The translations under genes were made by a program, and so were the position numbers. This document shows positions 50,637 through 59,321 of a DNA stretch of 64,000 nucleotides, piece by piece; within the stretch, counting starts at the first letter, position 1; every line of letters begins with the position of its first letter. Source of the DNA: Burkholderiales bacterium (GTDB lineage Bacteria > Pseudomonadota > Gammaproteobacteria > Burkholderiales > Casimicrobiaceae). The notes beneath the pieces are model-generated. The model made no database searches. It saw nothing but the letters and a program-made list of their open reading frames with translations, and was not told the DNA's origin. The DNA is taken from positions 3,478-67,477 of the forward strand of contig JANNYE010000050.1 of the NCBI GenBank assembly GCA_031409935.1, read 5' to 3'.

Positions 50637-52706
50637 CTATAGCCCTCCACCACAACCCGTCTTCAAGTAGTCGCTGATAAGAGTCAATTGTTGGGTCATG
50701 GTTTGCCGAGTCCATGCATTGCCGTGCGCATAGTCCTTCAACACATGGTACTCGACGGGTTTATCTGATTTTTTCGCGCGCTCCACAAAAAGATCAGACT
50801 GGATCAATGGAACGATCTGATCCCGATCGCCGTGATAGACCATGATAGGAATCTTGATATCAGCCGCGCGTTGAAGGGGGTTGAGCCCTCGCATAGTCGC
50901 CTCCTGCTGATCCCGGAAAAAGGGGTTAGTGAAAATGCCAGCCGTGATTCTTTCGATGTCAGAGACGCCTGCGCCAGCGATGGCGCACTTGTAGAGCCCA
51001 TTCGGCCGAACCGCGGCCGCGAACGCCGCATATCCACCGTAAGAAAATCCAAACATCGCGATCCGATTTGGGTTAGCCAGCTTTTGGCTGATTAACCACT
51101 TCGCCCCGTCGTCCTTATCGTCCTGCATTTTTTGCCCCCACTCGCGGTCTCCTGCAAACCACAGGGTTCGCCCCCAGCCTGACGAGCCACGAAACTGCGG
51201 CTGGAGCACTACCCGACACTGCGTGACCAGCATTGGCACCCAACCACTGGAGTCAAATTCGTTCGTGTCGCGCGCCCACGGGCCACCATGCGGGTGAATT
51301 ACGGTCGCATAGGGGCCAAGGCCACACATTTTTTCGCTGGGAGTAGTCAGGTACGCCGGAATGTTGAGCCCATCGCGACTTGGGTAATAAACGAAGCGTG
51401 TAGAGCCAAGCGCAGCCCGATCCACCGTCGGATACTCCTTCGCGAGTAGTTGCAATTTTTGCTTGTGCAGCAGGTAGTGCTCGGTCGGATAGGTCAAGCC
51501 GCTCACGCGGAACAGATAGGTGGGCGACTCACCGACGACGCGGTGCACCACATTCACCGTTACGCCGTCAAAAGTGGCGACCTCTGCCTGTTTGTCGCCG
51601 GAAACAGTCATCAGCCTCTGCTTGGTCTCCTTCAGTCCGAGCGTTTGCGCGACGCCGCGGACTGTTGCCTCAACCTCTGCCTTTTCCCAGTGCACATCAC
51701 GAACCGACAGACCTTCGTAGATATAGCCATCAAATCCGTCGGCACCGGCGGCGCCGTCGCTCGCAAAACTGCGCACGCCAACCGCATCGAAAAATTTGTG
51801 TTCAAAAAGTTTGGTGCCAAGCTTCTTCGCGGCGATGTCGTACTCGTGAATGCTTGAGAACTCTTGCCCCACATTGTTTCGAATAATGGCGGTGTTGGCG
51901 TTTGCACCGGGCGCCACGACGTCGACCACGTCGCGATCTTTGACATAACTGCGAAAGTGCTCCGCCCATTCGCCGCCGGAAGCGCGAAAATCAAGAGCAA
52001 TGTACGCGCCGCGGCTGTCCGTACCGCCACGCGACTTAGCCCACGGCAGGCCTGCAGCGTTAACCCAAACGGTGGAGTCTGTCTCGCCAAGGCGCATTAA
52101 CCGAGTAGAAACACCCGTGCGCACGTTGTAGCGAAACACGTCGCGATTGTCGCCCCGAGAGTCACTTTCTAGTACGACATGGTCGGGATCAGCCGGCATC
52201 CTGTTCAACACAGAAGGATTAAAAAGCGCCTCTTGAAGTTTTGCTTCGGGTGTGCGGGCAATCTCCACCGCTGCCATCGGCTCAACCCACTTCTTGCCTT
52301 CAAGGTCAGTAAACAACAGTTTGCTGACGAACGTCTTCACCAGTCGGTCAGTGCGAAGGTCGAAGGGTTGCGTTAGAACGACTTGCAACATATCGTTCTT
52401 TAAAAATAATGCACGACTGATCTGCATGTTTTTGGCAGAAATAACGGTAGGCTTAGCCGACAAACTCGCGAGCTTCCAGACCAAAATATTACGTGTGTCA
52501 CCCGCGCTCTCTATGGCTATCATGTGTTTACCATCGGGAGAAATTTGAAATCCGGTCATCACTGGAAATTGCGCGAGCTGGGCGGGTGTTGGTACCCGAA
52601 TAGCCTCTAATTTAGTGCCGTCCTGCGCATCGGCGGGACTTGCGAGCGCGAACGGAAACGCGATCCAAAGGCTCATTCGCGCCAAAAGGGATACTGCTTT
52701 GTACAT
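50637..52706 (-). CDS. Exported S9 peptidase 2
   Basis: Signal peptide; HGGPW, MQDD, GFSYGG, DQIV, AHG. Confidence 0.93.
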   Translation of the reverse strand: MYKAVSLLARMSLWIAFPFALASPADAQDGTKLEAIRVPTPAQLAQFPVMTGFQISPDGKHMIAIESAGDTRNILVWKLASLSAKPTVISAKNMQISRALFLKNDMLQVVLTQPFDLRTDRLVKTFVSKLLFTDLEGKKWVEPMAAVEIARTPEAKLQEALFNPSVLNRMPADPDHVVLESDSRGDNRDVFRYNVRTGVSTRLMRLGETDSTVWVNAAGLPWAKSRGGTDSRGAYIALDFRASGGEWAEHFRSYVKDRDVVDVVAPGANANTAIIRNNVGQEFSSIHEYDIAAKKLGTKLFEHKFFDAVGVRSFASDGAAGADGFDGYIYEGLSVRDVHWEKAEVEATVRGVAQTLGLKETKQRLMTVSGDKQAEVATFDGVTVNVVHRVVGESPTYLFRVSGLTYPTEHYLLHKQKLQLLAKEYPTVDRAALGSTRFVYYPSRDGLNIPAYLTTPSEKMCGLGPYATVIHPHGGPWARDTNEFDSSGWVPMLVTQCRVVLQPQFRGSSGWGRTLWFAGDREWGQKMQDDKDDGAKWLISQKLANPNRIAMFGFSYGGYAAFAAAVRPNGLYKCAIAGAGVSDIERITAGIFTNPFFRDQQEATMRGLNPLQRAADIKIPIMVYHGDRDQIVPLIQSDLFVERAKKSDKPVEYHVLKDYAHGNAWTRQTMTQQLTLISDYLKTGCGGGL

Positions 52707-52717
52707 GATGATCTCTG

Positions 52718-52752
52718 AAAAAAAAAGCCCTAACAGACGACGCTGTTAGGGC
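52718..52752 (-). terminator. Intrinsic terminator between TBDR3 and S9 peptidase 2
   Basis: GCCCTAACAG stem plus U9 tract. Confidence 0.8.
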
Positions 52753-52767
52753 GTTGATTGCTGCGAC

Positions 52768-55700
52768 TTAGAACGACTTCGATAAGTTCAAGAAGAAGCG
52801 ACGACCGACATAGTCGTAACCGCTGTAGAGCGGCGCGTTACCAACCCGGTTGTAGCCTGCTTGCGCTGAGATAACCGGCGGTTTGGCATTAGCCAGGTTG
52901 CGCACGCCAAGCGTTGCGGTCCACTTGCCGACGGTGTCTGTGTATCGAACCGATGCGGAGTGAAGGAAGTAGTCGGGCGTGTTCAACTTGAACGTACTGG
53001 TAGCAGCATCTTCCCCTAAAAACGTGTAGCTTGAAGTTCTACCTACCCACTCAAGTCCGTAGAAAAAGTTCCAGTCTTTCACGGCGTAGTTCACATCCAA
53101 CGCGCCCGACCACGCTGGGCTTCCAATCGTCCCGTTGTCATCGGTCAGCGGGTCGTCCGCAAATATTTTGTTTGCCTGCGTGTCGTATTTGGTAACCGAC
53201 AAGTTCATCCGCAAACGACCGACTCCCACCGGGTTGGTATAGCGAGCGGTTAAATCGTAGCCGCGGACTACGTCGGTTGCCAAATTAATGAACCCGTTCG
53301 TTACGGTGAGACCGTTGCTCGGAGAGCGGCGCGAAACCAATCGGCAAAAGCTGCCGCCAGAGCGGAATTGCAGGTCGTCGTAACAGCGCGTCAAAATAGC
53401 CGCACCGCCCACGGCTCGAACGCCGTTGTCCACCTCGATGTCGAAGCGGTCGACGGCCAACGACAGATCACCAAAACCCGAGGGCAGTTCAGGTTGAAAA
53501 ATTACGCCGAACGACTTATTTAGAGAGGTCTCAGCCTTTAGGCCTGCTTCACGCCCCCCAACACCCAAGACCGTAATGCTCTGGTTCGCGCTGTAGCCCG
53601 CCGGAAGCCCCTCGTTTCTGCAGTTAGTGCCGCGTATAGTGCCTGCGTTGGTCGGCGAATCCCAGTTGTTACACGGGTCAACGGTTGAGCTAAGAAAGCC
53701 CGAGGAGGCCCCTAAAAACTGCTCGTACAACGCAGGCGCACGATACGACGTGCCCATCGTTCCGCGGAGCGTTACCCACTTTGCGGGTGTCCACAATGCT
53801 CCCGCTTTGTAGGTCGAGCCGGCTCCGTAAGACTGGTAGTTGGCCCACCGGCCCGAAGCGTTAACCGTGAGCTCTTGTGCTCCAGGCAAATTCTTCAGCA
53901 GAGGAACTTCGATCTCGCCAAAAATATCATCGGCTTTGTCGCTGCCACGCGTGGGCGTTGAAGACGTAAAGTTGTAGAGATTGCCCGCGATTGAATCGGC
54001 CGCTGGCGTGTCGTCGATACGCATTCTGCGGGCCTCAACGCCAAAGGCTCCCTTCACTTTGCCGTACGGTAGCGTGAACATGGGTCCGGTCACGGACGCG
54101 GTCAGCACATCTTCGCGGTACTTGGTGACGCCTGTGACCGGTTGCCAGACGTACTTCACCCACTCAGCGGGTAGTGTTCCGCCGATTACGCTTGGGGTCA
54201 AAGCGGGGGCGGCAACGCAGCCGTTCGCCGCATTGACGCACCTGAAGCCGCCACTGCCATTGCTGACCACGTTTAAGCTCTGAGCTAAACGGTCTTGCAG
54301 AAATGCTTCAAAGATGTACGAGCCCTTGCTGTTGCTGCTCGTGAGCGAAACGTCGTAGTCCCAGCCCGAGCGACCCAGCGCGCCGCGTATCCCGGTGGCT
54401 AGCCGAGTAAAGTCAACGGCTTGGGAAGATGTGTCATTGCCAAAGCCGATAAACGCGCGTACGCCAAGACTCGCGCCATTGGTAATCGATGTCGCCGCTC
54501 CAAGCGTACTAAACGCAAGCCCTGCTGGAATCAGCGGGCTGCCTTTCGCGTAGTCGAGCGAGAGTTGACGGAAACCGGTTTGGCTCGATTCGCGACGATT
54601 TGCAAGCAATTCGAAGTAGAGCTCAGCGTCGCCCAGTGCAGCTAAATCGAACCCGCCTTGCGCGTAGACGTTTTGGTTGCGTGATGGTGATATCAAGCTC
54701 CGGTTGAGTGTCCGCAGATCAAAGGTGTCTCGAACCCCCAAACTGTTGGCACCGCCACCCACGCCTTCGTACCCTGCCAGACCGGTGGTTACCGCTGAAT
54801 TAGGGCGCCAGCGGTTGAACGCAGTGCCTACCGAGCCCGCCGCACCGACACCCGCTATTGAAGAGGTTCCAATGGTGTTGATTGTTACGCCGTTGGAGCC
54901 TGTGCCGCTAATCGGATAACACTTCGGCTTACCCGTTTTCGGGTCAACAAAGTCGAAACTGCCCCACGCTCCGACCACGCCATTGACGCTGGTTCGGCGG
55001 TAATCGGTGTTGCAAGCCGTCCAGTCGCGTTGGCCCAACGTCAAGCTGTCTGTCTCGAGGAACGAATACGAGGCCAAAAAGCGCGTCGTGTCCGTGACGC
55101 GACCACCGGAAATCGAGAAACTTTTAACGCTGCCGCCGCCATCCTCGGGAACGCTCATAGAACCATCTGCCGTGATCGAAGTCACGTTCTTCTTAGTGAT
55201 GATGTTGATGACGCCCGCCACCGCATCTGAGCCGTAAATCGACGATGCACCGTCCTTCAAGATTTCAATGCGGTCAACGATAGAGTTAGGAAGCGTGTTT
55301 AAATCGGCAGCGCCGACCGAACCGCGCGTTCCAGACGGAGCCATGCGTCGGCCATTGAGCAGCACCAGAGAGCGAGTGGGTGCGAAGCCCCGCAAACCAA
55401 TCGTGTTCGCGCCAGGGCCGCCATCGGTCACGAAACCGCCATAGGCGTTATTAATTTGTCCCTGCCCCCCTGTGACGCTGGTGCTTTGCAACACCTGCGC
55501 AACTGACGAGAAACCGGCCAGCGCCGCATCTTCGTTACGGATGATGGTTACCGGCGCGGGCGTGCTGAAACTGTCACGCTTGATCCGCGAGCCCGAAATC
55601 ACGACTGTATCGACTTTCGCCGGTTCGTCGGGCTTCGGTTGCTGTGCGGAGGTTGATTGTGCGCCGCTCTGACCCGAACCTTGCGGCGCAGTTTGAGCAA

Positions 55701-55776
55701 CCTGCTGCGCATAGGCGACCCCAGTGACGACAAATGTTGCTGCGATGGCTACGACCAGTTGTTTCTTTTTAATCAT
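52768..55776 (-). CDS. TonB-dependent receptor 3
   Basis: VISGSRI, SLVLLNGRR, RIEILKDGASSIYGSDAVAGVIN, C-terminal KSF; GAGG RBS. Confidence 0.95.
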   Translation of the reverse strand: MIKKKQLVVAIAATFVVTGVAYAQQVAQTAPQGSGQSGAQSTSAQQPKPDEPAKVDTVVISGSRIKRDSFSTPAPVTIIRNEDAALAGFSSVAQVLQSTSVTGGQGQINNAYGGFVTDGGPGANTIGLRGFAPTRSLVLLNGRRMAPSGTRGSVGAADLNTLPNSIVDRIEILKDGASSIYGSDAVAGVINIITKKNVTSITADGSMSVPEDGGGSVKSFSISGGRVTDTTRFLASYSFLETDSLTLGQRDWTACNTDYRRTSVNGVVGAWGSFDFVDPKTGKPKCYPISGTGSNGVTINTIGTSSIAGVGAAGSVGTAFNRWRPNSAVTTGLAGYEGVGGGANSLGVRDTFDLRTLNRSLISPSRNQNVYAQGGFDLAALGDAELYFELLANRRESSQTGFRQLSLDYAKGSPLIPAGLAFSTLGAATSITNGASLGVRAFIGFGNDTSSQAVDFTRLATGIRGALGRSGWDYDVSLTSSNSKGSYIFEAFLQDRLAQSLNVVSNGSGGFRCVNAANGCVAAPALTPSVIGGTLPAEWVKYVWQPVTGVTKYREDVLTASVTGPMFTLPYGKVKGAFGVEARRMRIDDTPAADSIAGNLYNFTSSTPTRGSDKADDIFGEIEVPLLKNLPGAQELTVNASGRWANYQSYGAGSTYKAGALWTPAKWVTLRGTMGTSYRAPALYEQFLGASSGFLSSTVDPCNNWDSPTNAGTIRGTNCRNEGLPAGYSANQSITVLGVGGREAGLKAETSLNKSFGVIFQPELPSGFGDLSLAVDRFDIEVDNGVRAVGGAAILTRCYDDLQFRSGGSFCRLVSRRSPSNGLTVTNGFINLATDVVRGYDLTARYTNPVGVGRLRMNLSVTKYDTQANKIFADDPLTDDNGTIGSPAWSGALDVNYAVKDWNFFYGLEWVGRTSSYTFLGEDAATSTFKLNTPDYFLHSASVRYTDTVGKWTATLGVRNLANAKPPVISAQAGYNRVGNAPLYSGYDYVGRRFFLNLSKSF

Positions 55777-56026
55777 AAAAATACCTCTTGAATCCGCTAG
55801 GGATGATTCGCTGAACGGCTCGTTTGATTGTGTCACCAAGCAGCGAGGAGTGAAATTGCCGCAGCCAGCGCGCACACTGCCGCGTGGCGCGCGATACCCC
55901 CATCGCCACACAGTCGTACAATTTTCATATCTCATTGAAAAATATGGAAAAATTCACTCGTGTGCGAGCATCCTGGCTTTTTAGTGGCTGCTCGCAAACG
56001 CCACTGACGCACACAGACTTACCATT

Positions 56027-56140
56027 AGCTTTTGGCTGAAACCCATTGTTTTAAAGGGCATTGTCGAAATTATTTACGTAGTCGACTTTTTAAAAAACGT
56101 CTACTTAGCCCAACGAAATCAACAAAGAGCGCAGAAAGCT
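56027..56140. repeat. 114-bp dyad-symmetric element, copy F
   Basis: AGCTTTTGGCTGAAA..GGGCAT..GTCGAC(56081-56086)..TAGCCC..AAAGCT. Confidence 0.85.
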
Positions 56141-56344
56141 GTTAAGTAGGTCGTTGCGTTTGTACAACATGGCGCGGCGGTTGCCTCGCCGCGACGCAAC
56201 GTGACACCGTTGCGTTCTTGGCTAACGTTGCTATCGCTTCGTAAATGACAGATGTGTAGCGCGCGCTTCGCACTGCGATTTGGCATGCCACGCCCCCGAG
56301 CTTGAGGCGGCACGAGCTTGCCGAGCTGTTCGAGCAATCGGCGC

Positions 56345-57190
56345 TCAGGCCTCCGCCATCCGCAAAAGCCGTGCTTTTTCTTCAAGCATCGCGTCCTCAA
56401 TTTCACGCATGATTTCCGCCAAATCAACTGGCGCGGTCGAGTGGTCGAAGTGACCGGTGAGCGGCGTTTCTGGCGTGAGCATTCCCCGCTCAAACAGTTG
56501 CCAAATCTCGGGGCCGAACTCGGTTTTTTTGAGTTCTGGCGCGAACTGTCCGAAGAAGTTGCGCAGGTTGCCGACGTCCCTCAACAGCATGCGGCTGGCG
56601 TGATTGTTGCCCGCTGCGTCCACCGCTTGCGGCAGATCGATGATCACCGGGCCGTCGGCGGCGAGCAAAATGTTGAACTCCGACAAGTCGCCATGCACCA
56701 CGCCCGCGCACAACATGCGCACCACTTCGATCAAGAGAGAGGCGTGATGTTGCAATGCCTGCTCGCGCGTGAACAGCGCGTCGTTTAATCGCGGCGCAGC
56801 GTCGCCGTTAACGTCTACCACCAGCTCCATCAACAACACACCGTCATGAAAATTAAATGGCTTCGGCACGCGCACGCCCGCCGCCGCGAGCCGGTACAGC
56901 GCGTCAACTTCCGCGCTTTGCCACGCGGCTTCTTGCGATTGACGACCGAATTTACTGCCCTTCGCCATCGCGCGCGCCTGTCGCGTGTTCTTAACTTTGC
57001 GGTTCTCGGTGTAGTCCACAGCTTGGCGAAAACTGCGATGGGTCGCCTCTTTGTACACCTTGGCGCACAGCGTTTCGTCACCATTGCGCACCACGAAAAC
57101 CATCGCTTCTTTGCCGCTCATCAACTGGCGGACAACGGTGTCGATCAAGCCCTCATCAATCAGGGCCTGCATTCTTTTGTTCGGTTTCAT
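56345..57190 (-). CDS. RIO1-family serine/threonine kinase (PA4780-like)
   Basis: LMSGKEA, CAKVYK, VHGDLSEFNIL, IIDLPQ. Confidence 0.92.
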   Translation of the reverse strand: MKPNKRMQALIDEGLIDTVVRQLMSGKEAMVFVVRNGDETLCAKVYKEATHRSFRQAVDYTENRKVKNTRQARAMAKGSKFGRQSQEAAWQSAEVDALYRLAAAGVRVPKPFNFHDGVLLMELVVDVNGDAAPRLNDALFTREQALQHHASLLIEVVRMLCAGVVHGDLSEFNILLAADGPVIIDLPQAVDAAGNNHASRMLLRDVGNLRNFFGQFAPELKKTEFGPEIWQLFERGMLTPETPLTGHFDHSTAPVDLAEIMREIEDAMLEEKARLLRMAEA

Positions 57191-57227
57191 GGGCTGTATT
57201 TTGCCGTGGTAAGCCGACAAGCTGCGT

Positions 57228-58523
57228 CTACAACTCCCCGCGCGTCATCTTGAGCAGCCGATCCACAACGTGCTCGCCGTCCGCGCGCAATCCGTTGTGT
57301 TCGTACTCACTGGTCACCCAGAGCTTCATGTTCGGGACGATCCGCGCCGTCTCTTCCGAGAATTCTCGATGCACGTACATATCGTCGTAATACACCGCTG
57401 CCGCAACCGGCACGCGATTTTTGCGTAGTTTTTCTACGTCGTAGAGCATTGGCCAATCCGCTTTTTTCGCGAGCACGTCGGCTGCTTTTTTGAGCGGTTG
57501 CAACTGAGGATATTGGTCAAACATCCACGGATAGATCATCTCGCCAGTGAACAACACTGGGCCATCAGCGTCGTAGGTGAACTGTGGAAATTCGTGGATC
57601 AATCGCTCCGCCGACCAGTCGCTCGCGGCCTGCTGCGTGTAGCAAGCCTCTTGCAGCAAGGAGTAAATCGGATTCGTATCGAAGCTCTGCGAATGCTCCA
57701 CATGCGACAGGAAATTCCAGTTCATTTCGCGGCCCCGACCTTCACCCGTGCCATCAACAAACGCGTCTTCGATCAGGTAGTGAACGGTCTCGTAACCGTC
57801 GCTCATGCCGAATGCCAACCCGAGTTGCAAAAAGCGCTGCACGGTGAGCCGACCGCCACCGGGCAATTGCACGTCATGCTCAGCGAGATGCCGCACGATG
57901 TCGCGCACGCGCAGCACGTCATCGGGATAGCGCTGGTAGTACGCACGGTTTTTGGCGATCACGCGCGGGTAAGTCGCGCGATACACGTCATCGGTTGGGC
58001 GCGTGAGCGAAGGAATGCCGCCGGTGATCAGCACCTCTTTCAAACCCTCCGGCGCAGTGGACAAATAATTCATGGCGCAAAAGCCACCAAAGCTCTGCCC
58101 GAGAATGCTCCACGGCTTGTCACCAATCAACGTTTTGCGAATCGCCTCGGCATCACGCACGATGTTGTCCGCGCGAAAGTGTTGCAGGTAATCGGCCTGC
58201 GCCTCGGGCGTCAGGTGGCGCAGCGTTTGTGCTGTGATCGGCGTTGAGCACCCTGTGCCGCGCTGGTCAAGCAGCAACACGCGAAATTCTTTAAGCGCAC
58301 GCTGCAACCAACCGCTGCTACCCATCGGACGCGGCGAGCCAGAACCCGGCCCGCCTTGAAAAAAAACGAGATACGGCAGGTCAGAATTCTCCTTGCCTGG
58401 AGCGAGCACTTCGCGAGCGAACACGCTGATTTTCTCGGCGTTGGGCTTTGCGTAGTTGACCGGCACCTCGAATCGATGTGAGTTAAGGATGAGACCAGGG
58501 ATGGCGTGGGAGACTGTGTTCAT
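57228..58523 (-). CDS. pip: Proline iminopeptidase (S33)
   Basis: FQGGPG, LLDQRGTG, FRADNIVRDAE, GQSFGG, YYDDMYV, EHNGL. Confidence 0.88.
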   Translation of the reverse strand: MNTVSHAIPGLILNSHRFEVPVNYAKPNAEKISVFAREVLAPGKENSDLPYLVFFQGGPGSGSPRPMGSSGWLQRALKEFRVLLLDQRGTGCSTPITAQTLRHLTPEAQADYLQHFRADNIVRDAEAIRKTLIGDKPWSILGQSFGGFCAMNYLSTAPEGLKEVLITGGIPSLTRPTDDVYRATYPRVIAKNRAYYQRYPDDVLRVRDIVRHLAEHDVQLPGGGRLTVQRFLQLGLAFGMSDGYETVHYLIEDAFVDGTGEGRGREMNWNFLSHVEHSQSFDTNPIYSLLQEACYTQQAASDWSAERLIHEFPQFTYDADGPVLFTGEMIYPWMFDQYPQLQPLKKAADVLAKKADWPMLYDVEKLRKNRVPVAAAVYYDDMYVHREFSEETARIVPNMKLWVTSEYEHNGLRADGEHVVDRLLKMTRGEL

Positions 58524-59107
58524 GCAGACAATGTGTTGTTAAGTGTCAGGATCATCGGTTCGGTCAAGTCGTGATCGTAGCCAAGTGTGCTGAGTGACGC
58601 GGTGGCGAGGTGCATGCGGCAGCCATCAACCGCTGGCAGTGCGATCCAGCGTGCGATGACGACCCGCAAAAGGTCACGATGTGCGAACACCAGTGCATCC
58701 GCCTGCAACGCGCGAACACGCATCACCAGACGATCAGCGCGCGCACCCACTGCCGCGAGCGTTTCACCTTCCGGGCAGCCGTCAACAAACTTCCGCCAAC
58801 CCGGTCGCTCGGTTTGTATGTCAGGCGTAGTGCGGCCCTCGTACGCGCCGTAATCCCACTCGACCAGATCGGTATCAATCTGCGCGTCAGAAAATCCCGC
58901 CAGCGCAGCCGTGACTGAGGCGCGCTGCAACGGGCTGGTCAGCACCACGCGCGGATGCAGTTTCGCCAACGTTGGTTGCAACGCGCGGGCTTCGTTTTCT
59001 CCGCGTTCGGTCAGCGCAATGTCGGTCAACCCGGTGTGTTTTCCACCCAGCGACCATGCCGTTTCGCCGTGGCGAACGAGGAAGAGTTTGGGAAGTGTGC
59101 TGTCCAT
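58520..59107 (-). CDS. Histidine phosphatase family protein
   Basis: LVRHGETAWS, TSPLQRA, EWDYG, AH. Confidence 0.92.
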   Translation of the reverse strand: MDSTLPKLFLVRHGETAWSLGGKHTGLTDIALTERGENEARALQPTLAKLHPRVVLTSPLQRASVTAALAGFSDAQIDTDLVEWDYGAYEGRTTPDIQTERPGWRKFVDGCPEGETLAAVGARADRLVMRVRALQADALVFAHRDLLRVVIARWIALPAVDGCRMHLATASLSTLGYDHDLTEPMILTLNNTLSA

Positions 59108-59174
59108 GGCGCAATTGTCGCCCAAGCGCCTGAGGCCGCTTAAACTCGACACTCCCGCGCTACAAAAAAACTCA

Positions 59175-59319
59175 AGGGCACTCCTAGAAATTCATTTTTC
59201 GGGATGAAATGCAAGGCGCACGGCGCGCAGCAACCGAAACGTACGCCTTGGTACGTGAGGATTGCGAGCACTGTGCAACGCGGCAGTTCGCCCGAACAAT
59301 GAATTTATAGGAGTGCCCT
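59175..59319. mobile_element. MITE-like palindromic element (~145 bp)
   Basis: TIRs AGGGCACTCCTAGAAATTCATT.TTCGGG / CCCGAA.AATGAATTTATAGGAGTGCCCT; central ACGTAC...GTACGT. Confidence 0.75.
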
Positions 59320-59321
59320 CA

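Noticed and set aside
55920-55950. AT-rich TATCTCATTGAAAAATAT block as a Fur box
   Set aside because: Only a weak match to GATAATGATAATCATTATC; more likely a promoter element, so it is listed only as a conserved block.
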